A DNA stretch of 64,000 bases from contig OZ024741.1 of NCBI GenBank assembly GCA_964016885.1, forward strand, positions 392,708,001-392,772,000. Reading direction: 5' to 3'. Source of the DNA: Eledone cirrhosa (Eukaryota). The translations under genes and the position numbers were made by a program. How positions within the stretch are numbered: the first letter of the stretch is position 1; each line of letters begins with the position of its first letter. The notes under the pieces are model-generated. The model was not told the DNA's origin, made no database searches, and saw nothing but the letters and a program-made list of their open reading frames with translations. This document shows positions 12,980 through 26,824 of the stretch, one piece after another.

Positions 12980-13105
12980 CTTATTGGAAATATTGATGAG
13001 GGAACATATTCGATTTCCAAAACCTTCAGCAGCCAGACAATATCTTTCCCCACTATCATTTTCTCTTGCTGTGGAAGCTAAACAACTGAGACAAACAATG
13101 TCTTC
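12980..13105 (-). CDS. RyR: Ryanodine receptor, internal coding exon (equivalent to exon 2), phase 0/0
   Basis: Polypyrimidine acceptor ttttttctctttgaacAG and donor AAG|GTATGT. The 126 bp encode [42 protein letters not shown], containing the RyR N-terminal signature [10 protein letters not shown]. Boundaries match the exon-2 boundaries of vertebrate RYR genes as I recall them. Confidence 0.93.
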
Positions 13106-13234
13106 CTGTTCAAAGAGAAAAAAAAAAAATAAAAAATAAAAATTAGAATTTAAATAATTAGAGAGGAAAAATTTATTTATTTATTTATTGTTGTTGTTGT
13201 TGTTGTTGCTGTTGCTGTTGTGGTGGTGGTGGTG

Positions 13235-13432
13235 GTGGTGGGATTGGCAGTATCAGTAGAGCACTAGACAACATGCATTATGGAATATAGTTAAAGTCCC
13301 TTTATGTTCTCAGTTCAAATCCCTTCAAGGTTAGTTTTGCCTTTCATCTGTATGGGGTTGATAAAATAGAGTACCAGTAATGCACTGGAGTTGATTTATT
13401 TGTTGGCCATGTGCCAAAAGTAGAAGCAATTG
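13235..13432 (+). mobile_element. SINE family B, diverged
   Basis: GGATTGGCAGTATCAGTAGAG head and GCCTTTCATC domain. Confidence 0.8.
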
Positions 13433-13521
13433 TTGTTGTTTTGTTGCTGATGAATATGTAAAAGTAAAAATGTGATTGTTCTAAGATGATCTTAGCTACT
13501 GAATCTTTTCTCTTTTATTTT

Positions 13522-16500
13522 ACACTAGTAGGTAGCTGTATTAAACACACTAGTAGGTAGCTGTATTAAACACACTAGTAGATAGTGGTATTAAACATAC
13601 TAGTAGAGAGTGGTATTAAACACACTAGTAGGTAGCTGTATTAAACACACTAGTAGATAGTGGTATTAAACACACTAGTAGATAGTGGTATTAAACACAC
13701 TAGTAGGTAGCTGTATTAAACACACTAGTAGGTAGTGGTATTAAACACACTAGTAGGTAGCTGTATTAAACACACTAGTAGATAGTGGTATTAAACACAC
13801 TAGTAGGTAGCTGTATTAAACACACTAGTAGATAGTGGTATTAAACACACTAGTAGGTAGCTGTATTAAACACACTAGTAGATAGTGGTATTAAACACAC
13901 TAGTAGGTAGCTGTATTAAACACACTAGTAGGTAGCTGTATTAAACACACTAGTAGGTAGTGGTATTAAACACACTAGTAGGTAGCTGTATTAAACACAC
14001 TAGTAGATAGTGGTATTAAACACACTAGTAGGTAGCTGTATTAAACACACTAGTAGATAGTGGTATTAAACACACTAGTAGATAGTGGTATTAAACACAC
14101 TAGTAGGTAGCTGTATTAAACACACTAGTAGGTAGTGGTATTAAACACACTAGTAGGTAGCTGTATTAAACACACTAGTAGATAGTGGTATTAAACACAC
14201 TAGTAGGTAGCTGTATTAAACACACTAGTAGATAGTGGTATTAAACACACTAGTAGGTAGCTGTATTAAACACACTAGTAGGTAGTGGTATTAAACACAC
14301 TAGTAGATAGTGGTATTAAACACACTAGTAGGTAGCTGTATTAAACACACTAGTAGATAGTGGTATTAAACACACTAGTAGGTAGCTGTATTAAACACAC
14401 TAGTAGATAGTGGTATTAAACACACTAGTAGATAGCTGTATTAAACACACTAGTAGATAGTGGTATTAAACACACTAGTAGGTAGTGGTATTAAACACAC
14501 TAGTAGATAGTGGTATTAAACACACTAGTAGGTAGTGGTATTAAACACACTAGTAGATAGTGGTATTAAACACACTAGTAGGTAGCTGTATTAAACACAC
14601 TAGTAGATAGTGGTATTAAACACAATAGTAGGTAGTGGTATTAAACACACTAGTAGGTAGCTGTATTAAACACACTAGTAGATAGTGGTATTAAACACAA
14701 TAGTAGATAGTGGTATTAAACACACTAGTAGATAGTGGTATTAAACACACTAGTAGGTAGCTGTATTAAACACAATAGTAGGTAGCTGTATTAAACACAC
14801 TAGTAGATAGTGGTATTAAACACACTAGTAGATAGTGGTATTAAACACACTAGTAGGTAGTGGTATTAAACACACTAGTAGATAGTGGTATTAAACACAC
14901 TAGTAGGTAGCTGTATTAAACACACTAGTAGGTAGTGGTATTAAACACAATAGTAGATAGTGGTATTAAACACACTAGTAGGTAGCTGTATTAAACACAC
15001 TAGTAGATAGTGGTATTAAACACACTAGTAGATAGTGGTATTAAACACACTAGTAGATAGTGGTATTAAACACACTAGTAGATAGTGGTATTAAACACAC
15101 TAGTAGATAGTGGTATTAAACACACTAGTAGATAGTGGTATTAAACACACTAGTAGGTAGCTGTATTAAACACACTAGTAGATAGTGGTATTAAACAGAC
15201 TAGTAGGTAGTGGTATTAAACACACTAGTAGATAGTGGTATTAAACAGACTAGTAGGTAGTGGTATTAAACACACTAGTAGATAGTGGTATTAAACACAC
15301 TAGTAGATAGTGGTATTAAACACACTAGTAGATAGTGGTATTAAACACACTAGTAGGTAGCTGTATTAAACACACTAGTAGATAGTGGTATTAAACACAA
15401 TAGTAGGTAGTTGTATTAAACACAATAGTAGATAGTGGTATTAAACACACTAGTAGGTAGTGGTATTAAACACAATAGTAGATAGTGGTATTAAACACAC
15501 TAGTAGGTAGTGGTATTAAACACACTAGTAGGTAGCTGTATTAAACACACTAGTAGGTAGCTGTATTAAACACACTAGTAGGTAGTGGTATTAAACACAC
15601 TAGTAGATAGTGGTATTAAACACACTAGTAGGTAGCTGTATTAAACACACTAGTAGATAGTGGTATTAAACACAATAGTAGGTAGCTGTATTAAACACAA
15701 TAGTAGATAGTGGTATTAAACACACTAGTAGGTAGTGGTATTAAACACACTAGTAGGTAGTGGTATTAAACACACTAGTAGGTAGCTGTATTAAACACAC
15801 TAGTAGATAGTGGTATTAAACACAATAGTAGGTAGCTGTATTAAACACAATAGTAGATAGTGGTATTAAACACACTAGTAGGTAGTGGTATTAAACACAC
15901 TAGTAGGTAGTGGTATTAAACACACTAGTAGGTAGCTGTATTAAACACACTAGTAGATAGTGGTATTAAACACACTAGTAGATAGTGGTATTAAACACAC
16001 TAGTAGGTAGCTGTATTAAACACACTAGTAGGTAGCTGTATTAAACACACTAGTAGGTAGCTGTATTAAACACACTAGTAGGTAGTGGTATTAAACACAC
16101 TAGTAGATAGTGGTATTAAACACACTAGTAGGTAGCTGTATTAAACACACTAGTAGATAGTGGTATTAAACACACTAGTAGATAGTGGTATTAAACACAC
16201 TAGTAGATAGTGGTATTAAACACACTAGTAGGTAGCTGTATTAAACACACTAGTAGGTAGCTGTATTAAACACACTAGTAGGTAGCTGTATTAAACACAC
16301 TAGTAGGTAGTGGTATTAAACACACTAGTAGGTAGTGGTATTAAACACACTAGTAGGTAGCTGTATTAAACACACTAGTAGATAGTGGTATTAAACACAC
16401 TAGTAGATAGTGGTATTAAACACACTAGTAGGTAGCTGTATTAAACACACTAGTAGGTAGCTGTATTAAACACACTAGTAGGTAGCTGTATTAAACACAA

Positions 16501-17446
16501 TAGTAGATAGTGGTATTAAACACACTAGTAGATAGTGGTATTAAACACACTAGTAGATAGTGGTATTAAACACACTAGTAGGTAGCTGTATTAAACACAC
16601 TAGTAGATAGTGGTATTAAACACACTAGTAGGTAGTGGTATTAAACACACTAGTAGATAGTGGTATTAAACACACTAGTAGGTAGCTGTATTAAACACAC
16701 TAGTAGATAGTGGTATTAAACACACTAGTAGGTAGCTGTATTAAACACAATAGTAGGTAGCTGTATTAAACACAATAGTAGGTAGTGGTATTAAACACAA
16801 TAGTATGTAGTTGTATTAAACACAATAGTAGGTAGATGTATTAAACACACTAGTAGATAGTGGTATTAAACACACTAGTAGATAGATGTATTAAACACAC
16901 TAGTAGATAGTGGTATTAAACACACTAGTAGATAGTGGTATTAAACACACTAGTAGATAGTGGTATTAAACACACTAGTAGATAGTGGTATTAAACACAC
17001 TAGTAGGTAGCTGTATTAAACACAATAGTAGATAGTGGTATTAAACACAATAGTATGTAGTTGTATTAAACACAATAGTAGATAGTGATATTAAACACAC
17101 TAGTAGGTAGTGATATTAAACACACTAGTAGATAGTGGTATTAAACACACTAGTAGGTAGCTGTATTAAACACACTAGTAGATAGTGGTATTAAACACAA
17201 TAGTAGGTATTTGTATTAAACACAATAGTAGATAGTGGTATTAAACACACTAGTAGATAGTGGTATTAAACACACTAGTAGATAGTGGTATTAAACACAC
17301 TAGTAGATAGTGGTATTAAACACAATAGTAAGTAGTTGTATTAAACACAATAGTAGGTAGCTGTATTAAACACACTAGTAGGTAGTGGTATTAAACACAC
17401 TAGTAGATAGTGGTATTAAACACAATAGTAGGTAGTTGTATTAAAC
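13522..17446. repeat. 25-bp minisatellite, about 157 units (TTAAACACACTAGTAGRTAG[CT/TG]GTA)
   Basis: Uninterrupted 25-bp periodicity with interspersed variant units. Confidence 0.97.
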
Positions 17447-18830
17447 CCCATCAGGTCCAGGCTACAGTACCTCATGACCCTTATGAGTAGACGGAGCATG
17501 ATTGACACACGTCCAGCCCTCTTGCTGTTAAGGAACCGAATTGCCATGCCGAAGTTCCTCTACATACTTCGTAGGGCTCCTTGCTGCAACCACTCATCTC
17601 TCCACGCTGACCTTGATACTTGTATCTGAGTGGCAGCTAAGGAGATATGCAACATCAGGTTTGACAACTTTGGACAGCAACAGGCCACCTTACCTGTAAG
17701 AAAATGGCCTTGGTCTCTGGTTTCTCTGGCTTCGCCAGCATTTCTTTCATTGGTAACCTCTTGCCACATCCTCATCAACAGGGTTCTCCACAACACAATG
17801 GAACTCACTGTGATCAAGGAATGTGAGACCACCTGTGAGACTTGGAACTGACTTGGACTCTACTCAGTAGACATCCCTCCTCATCTCTCTGTAGACGTCA
17901 AATTCCCCCAGAGCATATAGGATGCCATCCAGTACAACATGGGCTTGGATAGGTTAGCGCACAAGCTCCACTAGCACTGTCTCGCATGTTTTTGCTTGGC
18001 CTTGCAACCCCACAGTGGTGCCTGGCTCAATGCTTTGCCCTCCTTTTCAACTGGCATGCAGCTGGATAATGATAGCCTGCAAATTAGGGTTTCCCTGAGG
18101 CTTGGATTCCGGATCTATAAGCAACACAAATGTCACTGTGGATCCATCGTAGACTCTTTCAGCCGCCACCCACTGTCCTGTTGCTATGGTGCTGGCCGCC
18201 TTCCATGCCATGCTGCTCTCTAGGAGGTCATAAACCATGGCTAGGATACTGCAGGCATCCCCTACAAGCTCGAGCTGGGTTTAACCGAGGGGACAGCAAA
18301 AGGCCAGAGGGCATGACTATCTTCCCATTCCATAGTGGTAAACCCCTCATCTGGGATGCCACATGCAATGACACATTCTCCAGCAGCAACCTGGTACATT
18401 CTGCTGCACTTCGGGCTGAGGAGAGTAAATTCACCAAATATCGATTGCTCTCCGACTAGTTTGCAGTCGAGCCTGTAGCAGTGGAGACTTCTGGTGTCCT
18501 TGGCTCTAGTCCACCTCCCTACTCACCACCATCGGCATGGAGTTGACTACCCGCAGATGTGAGCCTCCTGAGCTGGATTGGCTCTTCCAGCATGTCTCCC
18601 TCACCATCCTCTGGGGAAACGCCGTCTCTATTTTGTCTGCCGGGACTGCAGGGTGGCCAGTCCACCGGGGTTCAAGGGGGTCAGTGCATGGGCCCCCATT
18701 TGTTCATGATAGTGAGAGGTGGGGAAAGTGGAAGGGACAGTGGGAGTTTGGTTCCTTTGTGTTCAGACCTGGTGTATATGTTATATGTTTCATGAACACA
18801 CACTCACACTGTTCTTATAATATATACAAT
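17447..18830 (+). mobile_element. CRE-like non-LTR retrotransposon, 3' half with restriction-like endonuclease, degenerate
   Basis: PKFLYILRRAPC, SGAWLNALPS, CHCG..H.L.C zinc knuckle, KRPEGMT..GKPLIWDATC.DT, AVETSG and RGNA-like terminal motif. Confidence 0.85.
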
Positions 18831-19505
18831 TAATTATAACTCTGATGTTCCTACACCACTTTCCTAATGTTAATTCAAGATTTCTTATTAGAGATCTACT
18901 TCAATTAGTCAACCTAACTGAAAATAGATCATAACACTTATTTCAAGAAAAGGAGATGATTGGCTGATTAGAAAAATCATCCAACTGTAAAACAGCTGAC
19001 CCAGCATTTTACCCATTGTTCAAATATACTGAACAACACAACACTGAAATATGTCATCACTCACTTGCATAGTTCCATCTCACCTGCTGTGAACAAACAT
19101 AGCAAAACATAGCAAAACTTATTCTCTTTTTATGCTTTCTTCATTACACCCATACTGAAAAAAAAAACCCAGCCACAAGCAAAAAATCTAGAGTAACATG
19201 AGAACATTAACTTGCAAGAACTATGTTGATTCTATTTTAACAATACACTCCATTATAATATGAAACAGTGTAGATTACTCAGTGTTGGACATACCTGTCA
19301 GCCACACCCCTCCAAGGGCTTCATTTTTTAAAATATATTTTTATTTTATCATTAGTTTTTATTCTTTAACACTAAATCATAAAAATATATATATACAATA
19401 CATTATTAATATATTGTGTATTTACTCCACTAATTGTTGAGTGCTTTATATCAGTTATAAACATTTTTAAGCTTGTTGAATCCCCAAAAAATTAAATATA
19501 ACCTC

Positions 19506-19508
<3 letters not shown>

Positions 19509-19551
<43 letters not shown>

Positions 19552-19717
19552 TATACATATATATACACACACATACATATATACATATATATAAACACAC
19601 ATATATACATATATATACACACACATATATATATACATATATATACACACATATATATACATATATATATATATACATATATATATACACACATATATAT
19701 ATATACGTATATGTACG

Positions 19718-19753
<36 letters not shown>

Positions 19754-19756
19754 CAT
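19509..19756. repeat. (TA)n/(TACA)n compound microsatellite
   Basis: Direct reading of the sequence. Confidence 0.95.
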
Positions 19757-19828
19757 AAAGAATCGTTGCTTTCATCCTTAACGGGTGAAAGCAGCGATTC
19801 TTTGCTTAAACTTTAATCTGTTATTTTA

Positions 19829-19863
<35 letters not shown>

Positions 19864-19879
19864 ACAAAGACTGCTCTCA

Positions 19880-20175
19880 GTCACAAATGACCTGGGATTT
19901 GCACCTAGAAAGTTTCCCTCCGAGGTACAAGTCCGGGCAAAGTTTTTTGTGGAAGACCAGCAGTCAACCATTCATGCCAGCCTCCCCTCTCCATGCTACT
20001 GATGCTGTCCAAGGAAAGGCAATAGCCGATACAGCGCATTTTTACAGCTGAGTAAACTGGAGCAATGTGAAATAAAGTACCTTGCTCAAGGACACAATGC
20101 ATCACCTGATCTGAGAATTGAACACACAGTCTTTCGATTACAAGCCTAATGCTCTAACTACTAAACCATGTGCCT
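19880..20175 (-). mobile_element. CORE-type SINE with a different 3' tail
   Basis: Head and core as in family A (reverse GCACATGGTTTAGTAGTTAGAGC; CCTTGAGCAAGG), with an unrelated tail. Confidence 0.75.
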
Positions 20176-20188
20176 TCATATACATATA

Positions 20189-20219
<31 letters not shown>

Positions 20220-20305
20220 TATATATATATATATAGTGTGTGTGTGTGTATATATGTATTATGGAATACTGTTGGCTTCTTGCTACAATACTTTCTATAC
20301 CTTTC

Positions 20306-20343
<38 letters not shown>

Positions 20344-20730
20344 AAAGGATAACAAGGACGATTGGTTACCCATGCAAGCGTGGAAGATGGACATTAAACG
20401 ATAATGATGATGATGATGATATATATATATATACATATATAATCAAGGGAAAGCAAATAAAGAAAAAAAATAACGAAAAAACATTTTTTTCTTTATTTGC
20501 TTTCCCTTGATTTTATATGTTCTGGCTTGTTAATTTATTAACTTGCCATTGAACCACACTGGCATACGGTTGGACTATTCTTGTATCACTATATGTATTA
20601 TTTACATGTAGGAACACATACTTTTATTACATATATATATATAATAGTAGAACACTGGGGGGTTATATCTGTAGTAGTAGATCACTCAGTCCATGGGACA
20701 AGTTTGGTAGAAGTAGTTCCACACCAGTTA

Positions 20731-20771
<41 letters not shown>

Positions 20772-20774
<3 letters not shown>

Positions 20775-21240
20775 GTGCAGAGCACTGAAAGTCGATGGAA
20801 GCCATGGAGTGGGGAGACCTAAGAAGACCTCGAATGAGGTGATAAAAGCCGACCTTACCCAATTGCACCTCTCAAAGGCGATGACACAAGACCGTGACCT
20901 CTGGCATCACGCAGTAATACAGAAGACCCGACTCTCCACAGGTACAAACCGAAGCTGAAGCATATAGACAATATGCCCCAACCCCTCCCACTGCAAAGTA
21001 GTTCTGGAGATGTCACAACCAGTCCACACTGAAAAGTGGCCATGTAGGCGCCACGGTAAAAAAGCACCGAACACTCACTGAGGTTGGTGTTAGGAAGAGC
21101 ATCCAGCTGTAGAAATCAAGCCAGAATCAGTTCCTGTATGAGCACGACAAGGTTACCCGACCTAGCATTACCCACAATTGGACAACCCATCTAACCCATG
21201 CTAGCATAGAAGATGGACATTAAACGATGATGATGATGGA
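20772..21240 (+). mobile_element. RTE subfamily 2, 3' end
   Basis: Homologous to 35572-36065 and starts directly after (TA)n. Confidence 0.85.
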
Positions 21241-21355
21241 TGCAATTCACTTCTAGCACTCAACGTCATATTACTTCCTAAAGACAAGGATGACAAAGTA
21301 TATTAATAAAGAGGAAAATACGAAGTTGAAGATGTTAGGGTCTTTTATTAATTGA

Positions 21356-21406
21356 GCTGTTATACATATTTCAATGACGATAGATATTGTGATTTCTTCA
21401 GACAGC
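21356..21406 (-). ncRNA. Minimal type I hammerhead ribozyme motif
   Basis: Reverse: GCUGU-CUGAAGA-AAUcAC..GUcAUU-GAAA-U-AUGU-A-U-A-ACAGC. Perfect 5-bp stem I, with AATAAA a few nt downstream. Confidence 0.65.
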
Positions 21407-21979
21407 AAAAATTGATTAAAAGGTAACATTTCTGAAGCAATTTTGGGTGGGAGGGAGCGGATTAAAAAAAGTGTATGTGTTTGCTTTGAGTGTCCACTCC
21501 CTTCTAACTTTCAGAACATCTAGACAGCACTGCGTAGTCAGAGGGTGTGGGTGGCTGACTACTCAACTACACCCAGAATACTACCAACCTTGTTTGTTCT
21601 CTCTAGTTACCAGACCCCACCACCTCAGCCGACAACTCAATATGGTCAGTGGGAGTTCAAACCAGCCAAAATTTATTTACTGCTAGCTTTAGTGAGCAAC
21701 AGAATTTTAGTGCATTCATACCGAATGTATTTAGCTCCCCATGTTGTTCTGTTGTGGGCAATGTTAGGTCAGGTGACCATGTTTTGCTGATACACAACTG
21801 ATTTTGGCTTGGTTTCTACAGCTGGATGCCTTTCCTAATGCCAACCTCATTTACAGTGAGTACTGGGTGCTTTTTGTCATGACACCCACATGACCATATT
21901 ACAGTGTGGGCTGGGTGCTTTTTACGGTGTTACAATCATGACATATATATATATACATATATATGCACATATATATCTA

Positions 21980-22035
<56 letters not shown>

Positions 22036-22831
22036 TATAATTCGTTTTTGAATTTGTTGAAACAGATATTGTTGTACTTATCAAACCAACAAATCAACTG
22101 GAATTTTATGATAAATTGAAGTAAAAACCAACAGGTGTGTGTTTTTATTGGCAACATGACTCTCCCAAAGTATAACAACACACACATATATATATATAGT
22201 CCTCGCTGTAATGTGGGCGTGTAGGTAGCATGGTAAAAAGTTCCAAGTTTCACACTGCAAATGTGGTTGGTGTTAGGAAGGGCATCCAGCCGCAGAAAAC
22301 CCGCCAGATAGTCCTATATGAGCGAGACACGGTCACCAACCTTGCCTCAAGTGGGACAACTCCCGTCTAACCCATGCTAGTGTGGAAAATGGACGTTAAA
22401 CGAAGATGATGATGATATATATATATATATAAATATATATTTATATATACGAATATAATTTCAGCAAGATCGTATTTTGGCTGTGGTCAAAAACAAAGCA
22501 AAAACACAATTTTCGAGATATGCGGCAAGCGCTCAATGGACGAAAAGAAGACCAGAGCAATTAACATTATAGAGGCCAAACAAACTGAAAACGGCGGTCA
22601 TGAAGCTATCAGCCACCGGAGCCAAAAAACGGAGCAAGCTAAACAGGTTAAATATATATATATACATATATATGTATACATATATATATATAAACATATA
22701 TATATATATATATGTATACATATATATATACATATATATATATGTATACATATATATATATACATACAGTATACATATGTACATATATACATATACATAT
22801 ATATATACATATATATATGTATATATATATA

Positions 22832-23170
22832 CATGGCTTAGTGGTTAGAGCATTGGCCTTGCAATCAAAAGGTTGTGAGTTCAATTCTCAGATCGGGTGA
22901 TGTGTTGTTTCCTTGAGCAAGACACTTTATTTCACATTGCTCCAGTTTACTCAGCTGTAAAAATGAGATGATAGGGACTGGAGTCCATATCATTCCACTG
23001 CAAAGTGGTCGTGGAGGTGCCACGGCAAAAAAAGCACCCAGCACTCACTGTAAATGAGGTTGGTGTTAGGAAGGGCATCGAGCTGTAGAAATCAAGCCAG
23101 AATCAGTTCCCGTCCCACCCTTGCAAGCAGGGAAAAGCGGACGTAAAATGAAATGATGATGATGATGATG
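22832..23170 (+). mobile_element. SINE family A
   Basis: tRNA-like head, core segment, tail CCCTTGCAAGCAGGGAAAAGCGG and (GAT)n. Confidence 0.9.
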
Positions 23171-23179
23171 ATATATATA

Positions 23180-26073
23180 TCATCATCATCATCACCGTTT
23201 AACGTCTATCTTCCATGCTTGCATGGGTTTGGACGGGAGTTTTCCCACTTGAGGCAAGATTGGTTGTCTGGCAGGTTTTCTATGGCTGGATGCCCTTCCT
23301 AACACCAACCACGTTTACAGGGTGGACTGGGAGATTTTTACCGTGTTACCTACATGGCCACATTACAGCGTGGACTGTGTTTTTTTTTTGTAGAGACACT
23401 TACACGTCTGGCGGGTTTTCTACTGCTGGATGCCCTTCCTAACACCAACCACGTTTACAGTGTGGGCTGGGAGGTTTTTTACTATGTTACCTACACGGCC
23501 ACATTACAGCGTGGACTGTGTGTTTTTTTGTCGTGACACCTACACGACCTCATTTGTTTCGGACTGGATGTTGTGGTACCAACATAACTTCACATTTGGT
23601 GTGGGGGTAGTGGGACGGGGGTGTATTTTTGTTAGAGGTGCCTACTGACTGAAGGTTTCGCTTTGTACTTAGGCAAGGCGGTCTTCTCTATTACTGTGTA
23701 GCGCCAAAGATCTCGGTCCAGTGACATTGTCTTGGAGAGGTGTGTGAGGTCAGAATTTATCAAGTCGTCCCAGGTTTTTCTAGGTCTGCCTACTTCGTGG
23801 CTACTGTCTATTTTTATCGCCCTGCACCTTTTTATACAGCTGTCGTCTTTCATGCTCATCGTGTGACCGTACCAACGTAGTCTTCTCACGAGTAAACAAC
23901 ATCTGATCCCTCTTATTCCTAATTTCTCCCTTAGTTTGTTTATGCTTTGCCATTCACGTATATTACTATTACACATCCAGCGGAGAATGCAAGCTTCGTT
24001 TCATTTTTAGAGAGAAACCTTTAGCGGCCAATAGTGGTATAAGCTCTCTGAACTTTTTCCATCCCGTTCTGACTCTAGCTACTGTACTTTCAGAGCACCC
24101 TCCCCCACTGCTGATTTTGTCACCCAGGTAACGGAAGGTGTCCACTATTTCTATAGAACCATCTGTGCAATGGAATGAGCTAGTATTCTGTGGGCACTTG
24201 CTGCTACTTATTGCACCAGAGCACCGGCCACATATAAAATCTATATTCTTAGTTAGCTTACCTGTGATCCCACTACGTCTTTTATGCACCCATACTTTGC
24301 ATTTGGGACATAAAATGGAGTTTCTGCCTACTCATTTCCTACACACTGAGCATGGCCATTTCCCAGATGGGACCGGTGCCCTATTTTCCTTCCTACAAAT
24401 TAGAACTTTAGTCTTAGACAAGTTAACTTTAAGGCCTTTTGATTCTAGGCCATGCTTCCATGTTTGGAATTTCTTCTCTAGTTCAGCCATTGATTCAGCT
24501 ATGAGCATTAGATCATCTGCATATAGGAGTTCCCATGGGCAGCCAGTCTTGAACTCCTCTGTTATAGCCTGAAGGGCAATAATAAATAGTAGGGGGCTAA
24601 GAACGGAGCCCTGATGAACACCAACTTTTACACTAAACTCTTCACTATATTCGTTGTTAATTCTAACCTTGCTGACTGTTTCTTTATACATGGCTTGTAT
24701 AGCTCTCACAAGCCATTCATCAACACCTAGTTTTCTAAGAGCCCACCAGATAACAGAGCGGGGACTCTGTCAAAGGCTTTCTCCAAGTCAACAAAAGCTA
24801 AGTATAGGGGTTTACTTTTAGCTAGGTACTTCTCCTGTAGTTGTCGTACAATGAAAAGAGCGTCTGTGGTACTTTTACCTGACACAAACCCTAACTGGAT
24901 TTCATCTAGATCAATTCGTTCTCTGATTAGTTGTGCTATAACTTTTTCTGTGACCTTCATGACCTGGTCGATTAATTTAATGCCTCTATAGTTACCCCTA
25001 TCTAGGGCATCTCCTTTACCCTTGTAGCAGTTAATGATGATGCTGCTATGCCAGTCCTTTTGAATGGCCCCATTCTGTATTACTTGGTTTACTATCCGGG
25101 TGACCCTAGTGTGTCTCACCGTTCCAGATGCTTTCAGCATTTCAGCAACTATTTCCGAAGGCCCAGCCGCCTTACCCGTCTTCATATCTTTGATTGCCTT
25201 ACTTATTATACTACCTTCAACTAGCACTGCTGGTCCATCTATTGGATCGATGTGGGGGAGCTGTCTTTCTCCCATTTATTCTCCTCATTTAGTGCCTTTC
25301 GTAGTGACTCTTCCAAGCTACCTTCTTATCAGCATCAGTGATGGCAAGTACACCATCATCATTAAGGACACACTTCTCCCCGACAATAACACGGTTTTCC
25401 TTGACACATTGCCTAGCAATCCTGAACACCTCACATTTTTGGTCCTTGCATTGTAGGACATGCTTGAACTTTCTTTCCTCTGCTTCCCTTCTTGCGAAGT
25501 ACACTTGTCTCCTAGCTTCCCTCCTGGCCACTTGATAGTCTTCTCTACTTCCCCCATCCTGCCATACTTTCCAAGCCTACTTTTTGGCCTTAATTGACTC
25601 CTCCACCTTACTGTTCAACCACCACGTTACTCTCCTCCTGCCTATAGGTCTGCTCCAGCCACAGACTTCATCTGCCGCCTTCAGCAGGTTAGCTTTCAGG
25701 AATACCCACTGTTCCTCTATATTGTACGACTCTAATTGCTCTTCCTTACTGTTGAAAGCATCAAGTAATATGCTTTTAAATTTATTACTGGTTGTGGGGT
25801 CCTTTAGCTTCCATATTTTTCTCCTGAGGATAGTCCTCCTCTGTTGTCGAGTACGTCTTGTCGCTGACTATGAGTCTATGTTGGGAGGTGCATTCTTCAT
25901 GGGGGAGGGATTTAGTGTTTAGAACAGACACTCTAACACGTCTTCTGGTAAGGATATAATCTATCTGACTGGCGTGTTCCCCTGATCTATAGGTGATCAA
26001 GTGATTGTCTCATTTTTTGAAGTTAGTGTTACAGATAGTTAGGTTATTTGCGTCACAGAATTCCAGGATTCTG
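23180..26073 (-). mobile_element. RTE LINE, long 5'-truncated copy with stops and deletions
   Basis: End of APE ([31 protein letters not shown]), RT, PHD-like finger, and a 3'UTR with an internal duplication. Confidence 0.95.
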
Positions 26074-26074
26074 G

Positions 26075-26417
26075 AATATATATACATATACATATATATA
26101 TACACATATATATATACACATATATATATACATATATATACATATATATATATACATATATATACATACATATATATATACATATATATATACATATATA
26201 TATACATATATATATACATATATATATACATATATATATACATATATATATATACATATATATATACATATATATATACATATATATATATACATATATA
26301 TATATACATATATATATACACATATATATATACACATATATATATACATATATATATACATATATATATACATATATATATACATATATATATATATACA
26401 TATATATATACATATAC

Positions 26418-26464
<47 letters not shown>

Positions 26465-26477
26465 TATATACATATAC

Positions 26478-26542
<65 letters not shown>

Positions 26543-26545
26543 TAT

Positions 26546-26590
<45 letters not shown>

Positions 26591-26793
26591 TATATACATA
26601 TGTACATATACATATATATATATATATATATATACATATATATATACATATACATATACATGTATATATACATATATACATATATATACATATACATGTA
26701 TATATACATATATACATATATATACATATACATGTATATATACATATATACATATATATACATATACATGTATATATACATATATACATATAC

Positions 26794-26824
<31 letters not shown>

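Noticed and set aside
13522-17446. CRISPR-like array
   Set aside because: Contiguous 25-bp units with no unique spacers, no cas genes and a eukaryotic context.
22580-22630. CTGAAAA-stem-GAGC hammerhead-like motif
   Set aside because: Both catalytic boxes are mutated, which is compatible with chance.
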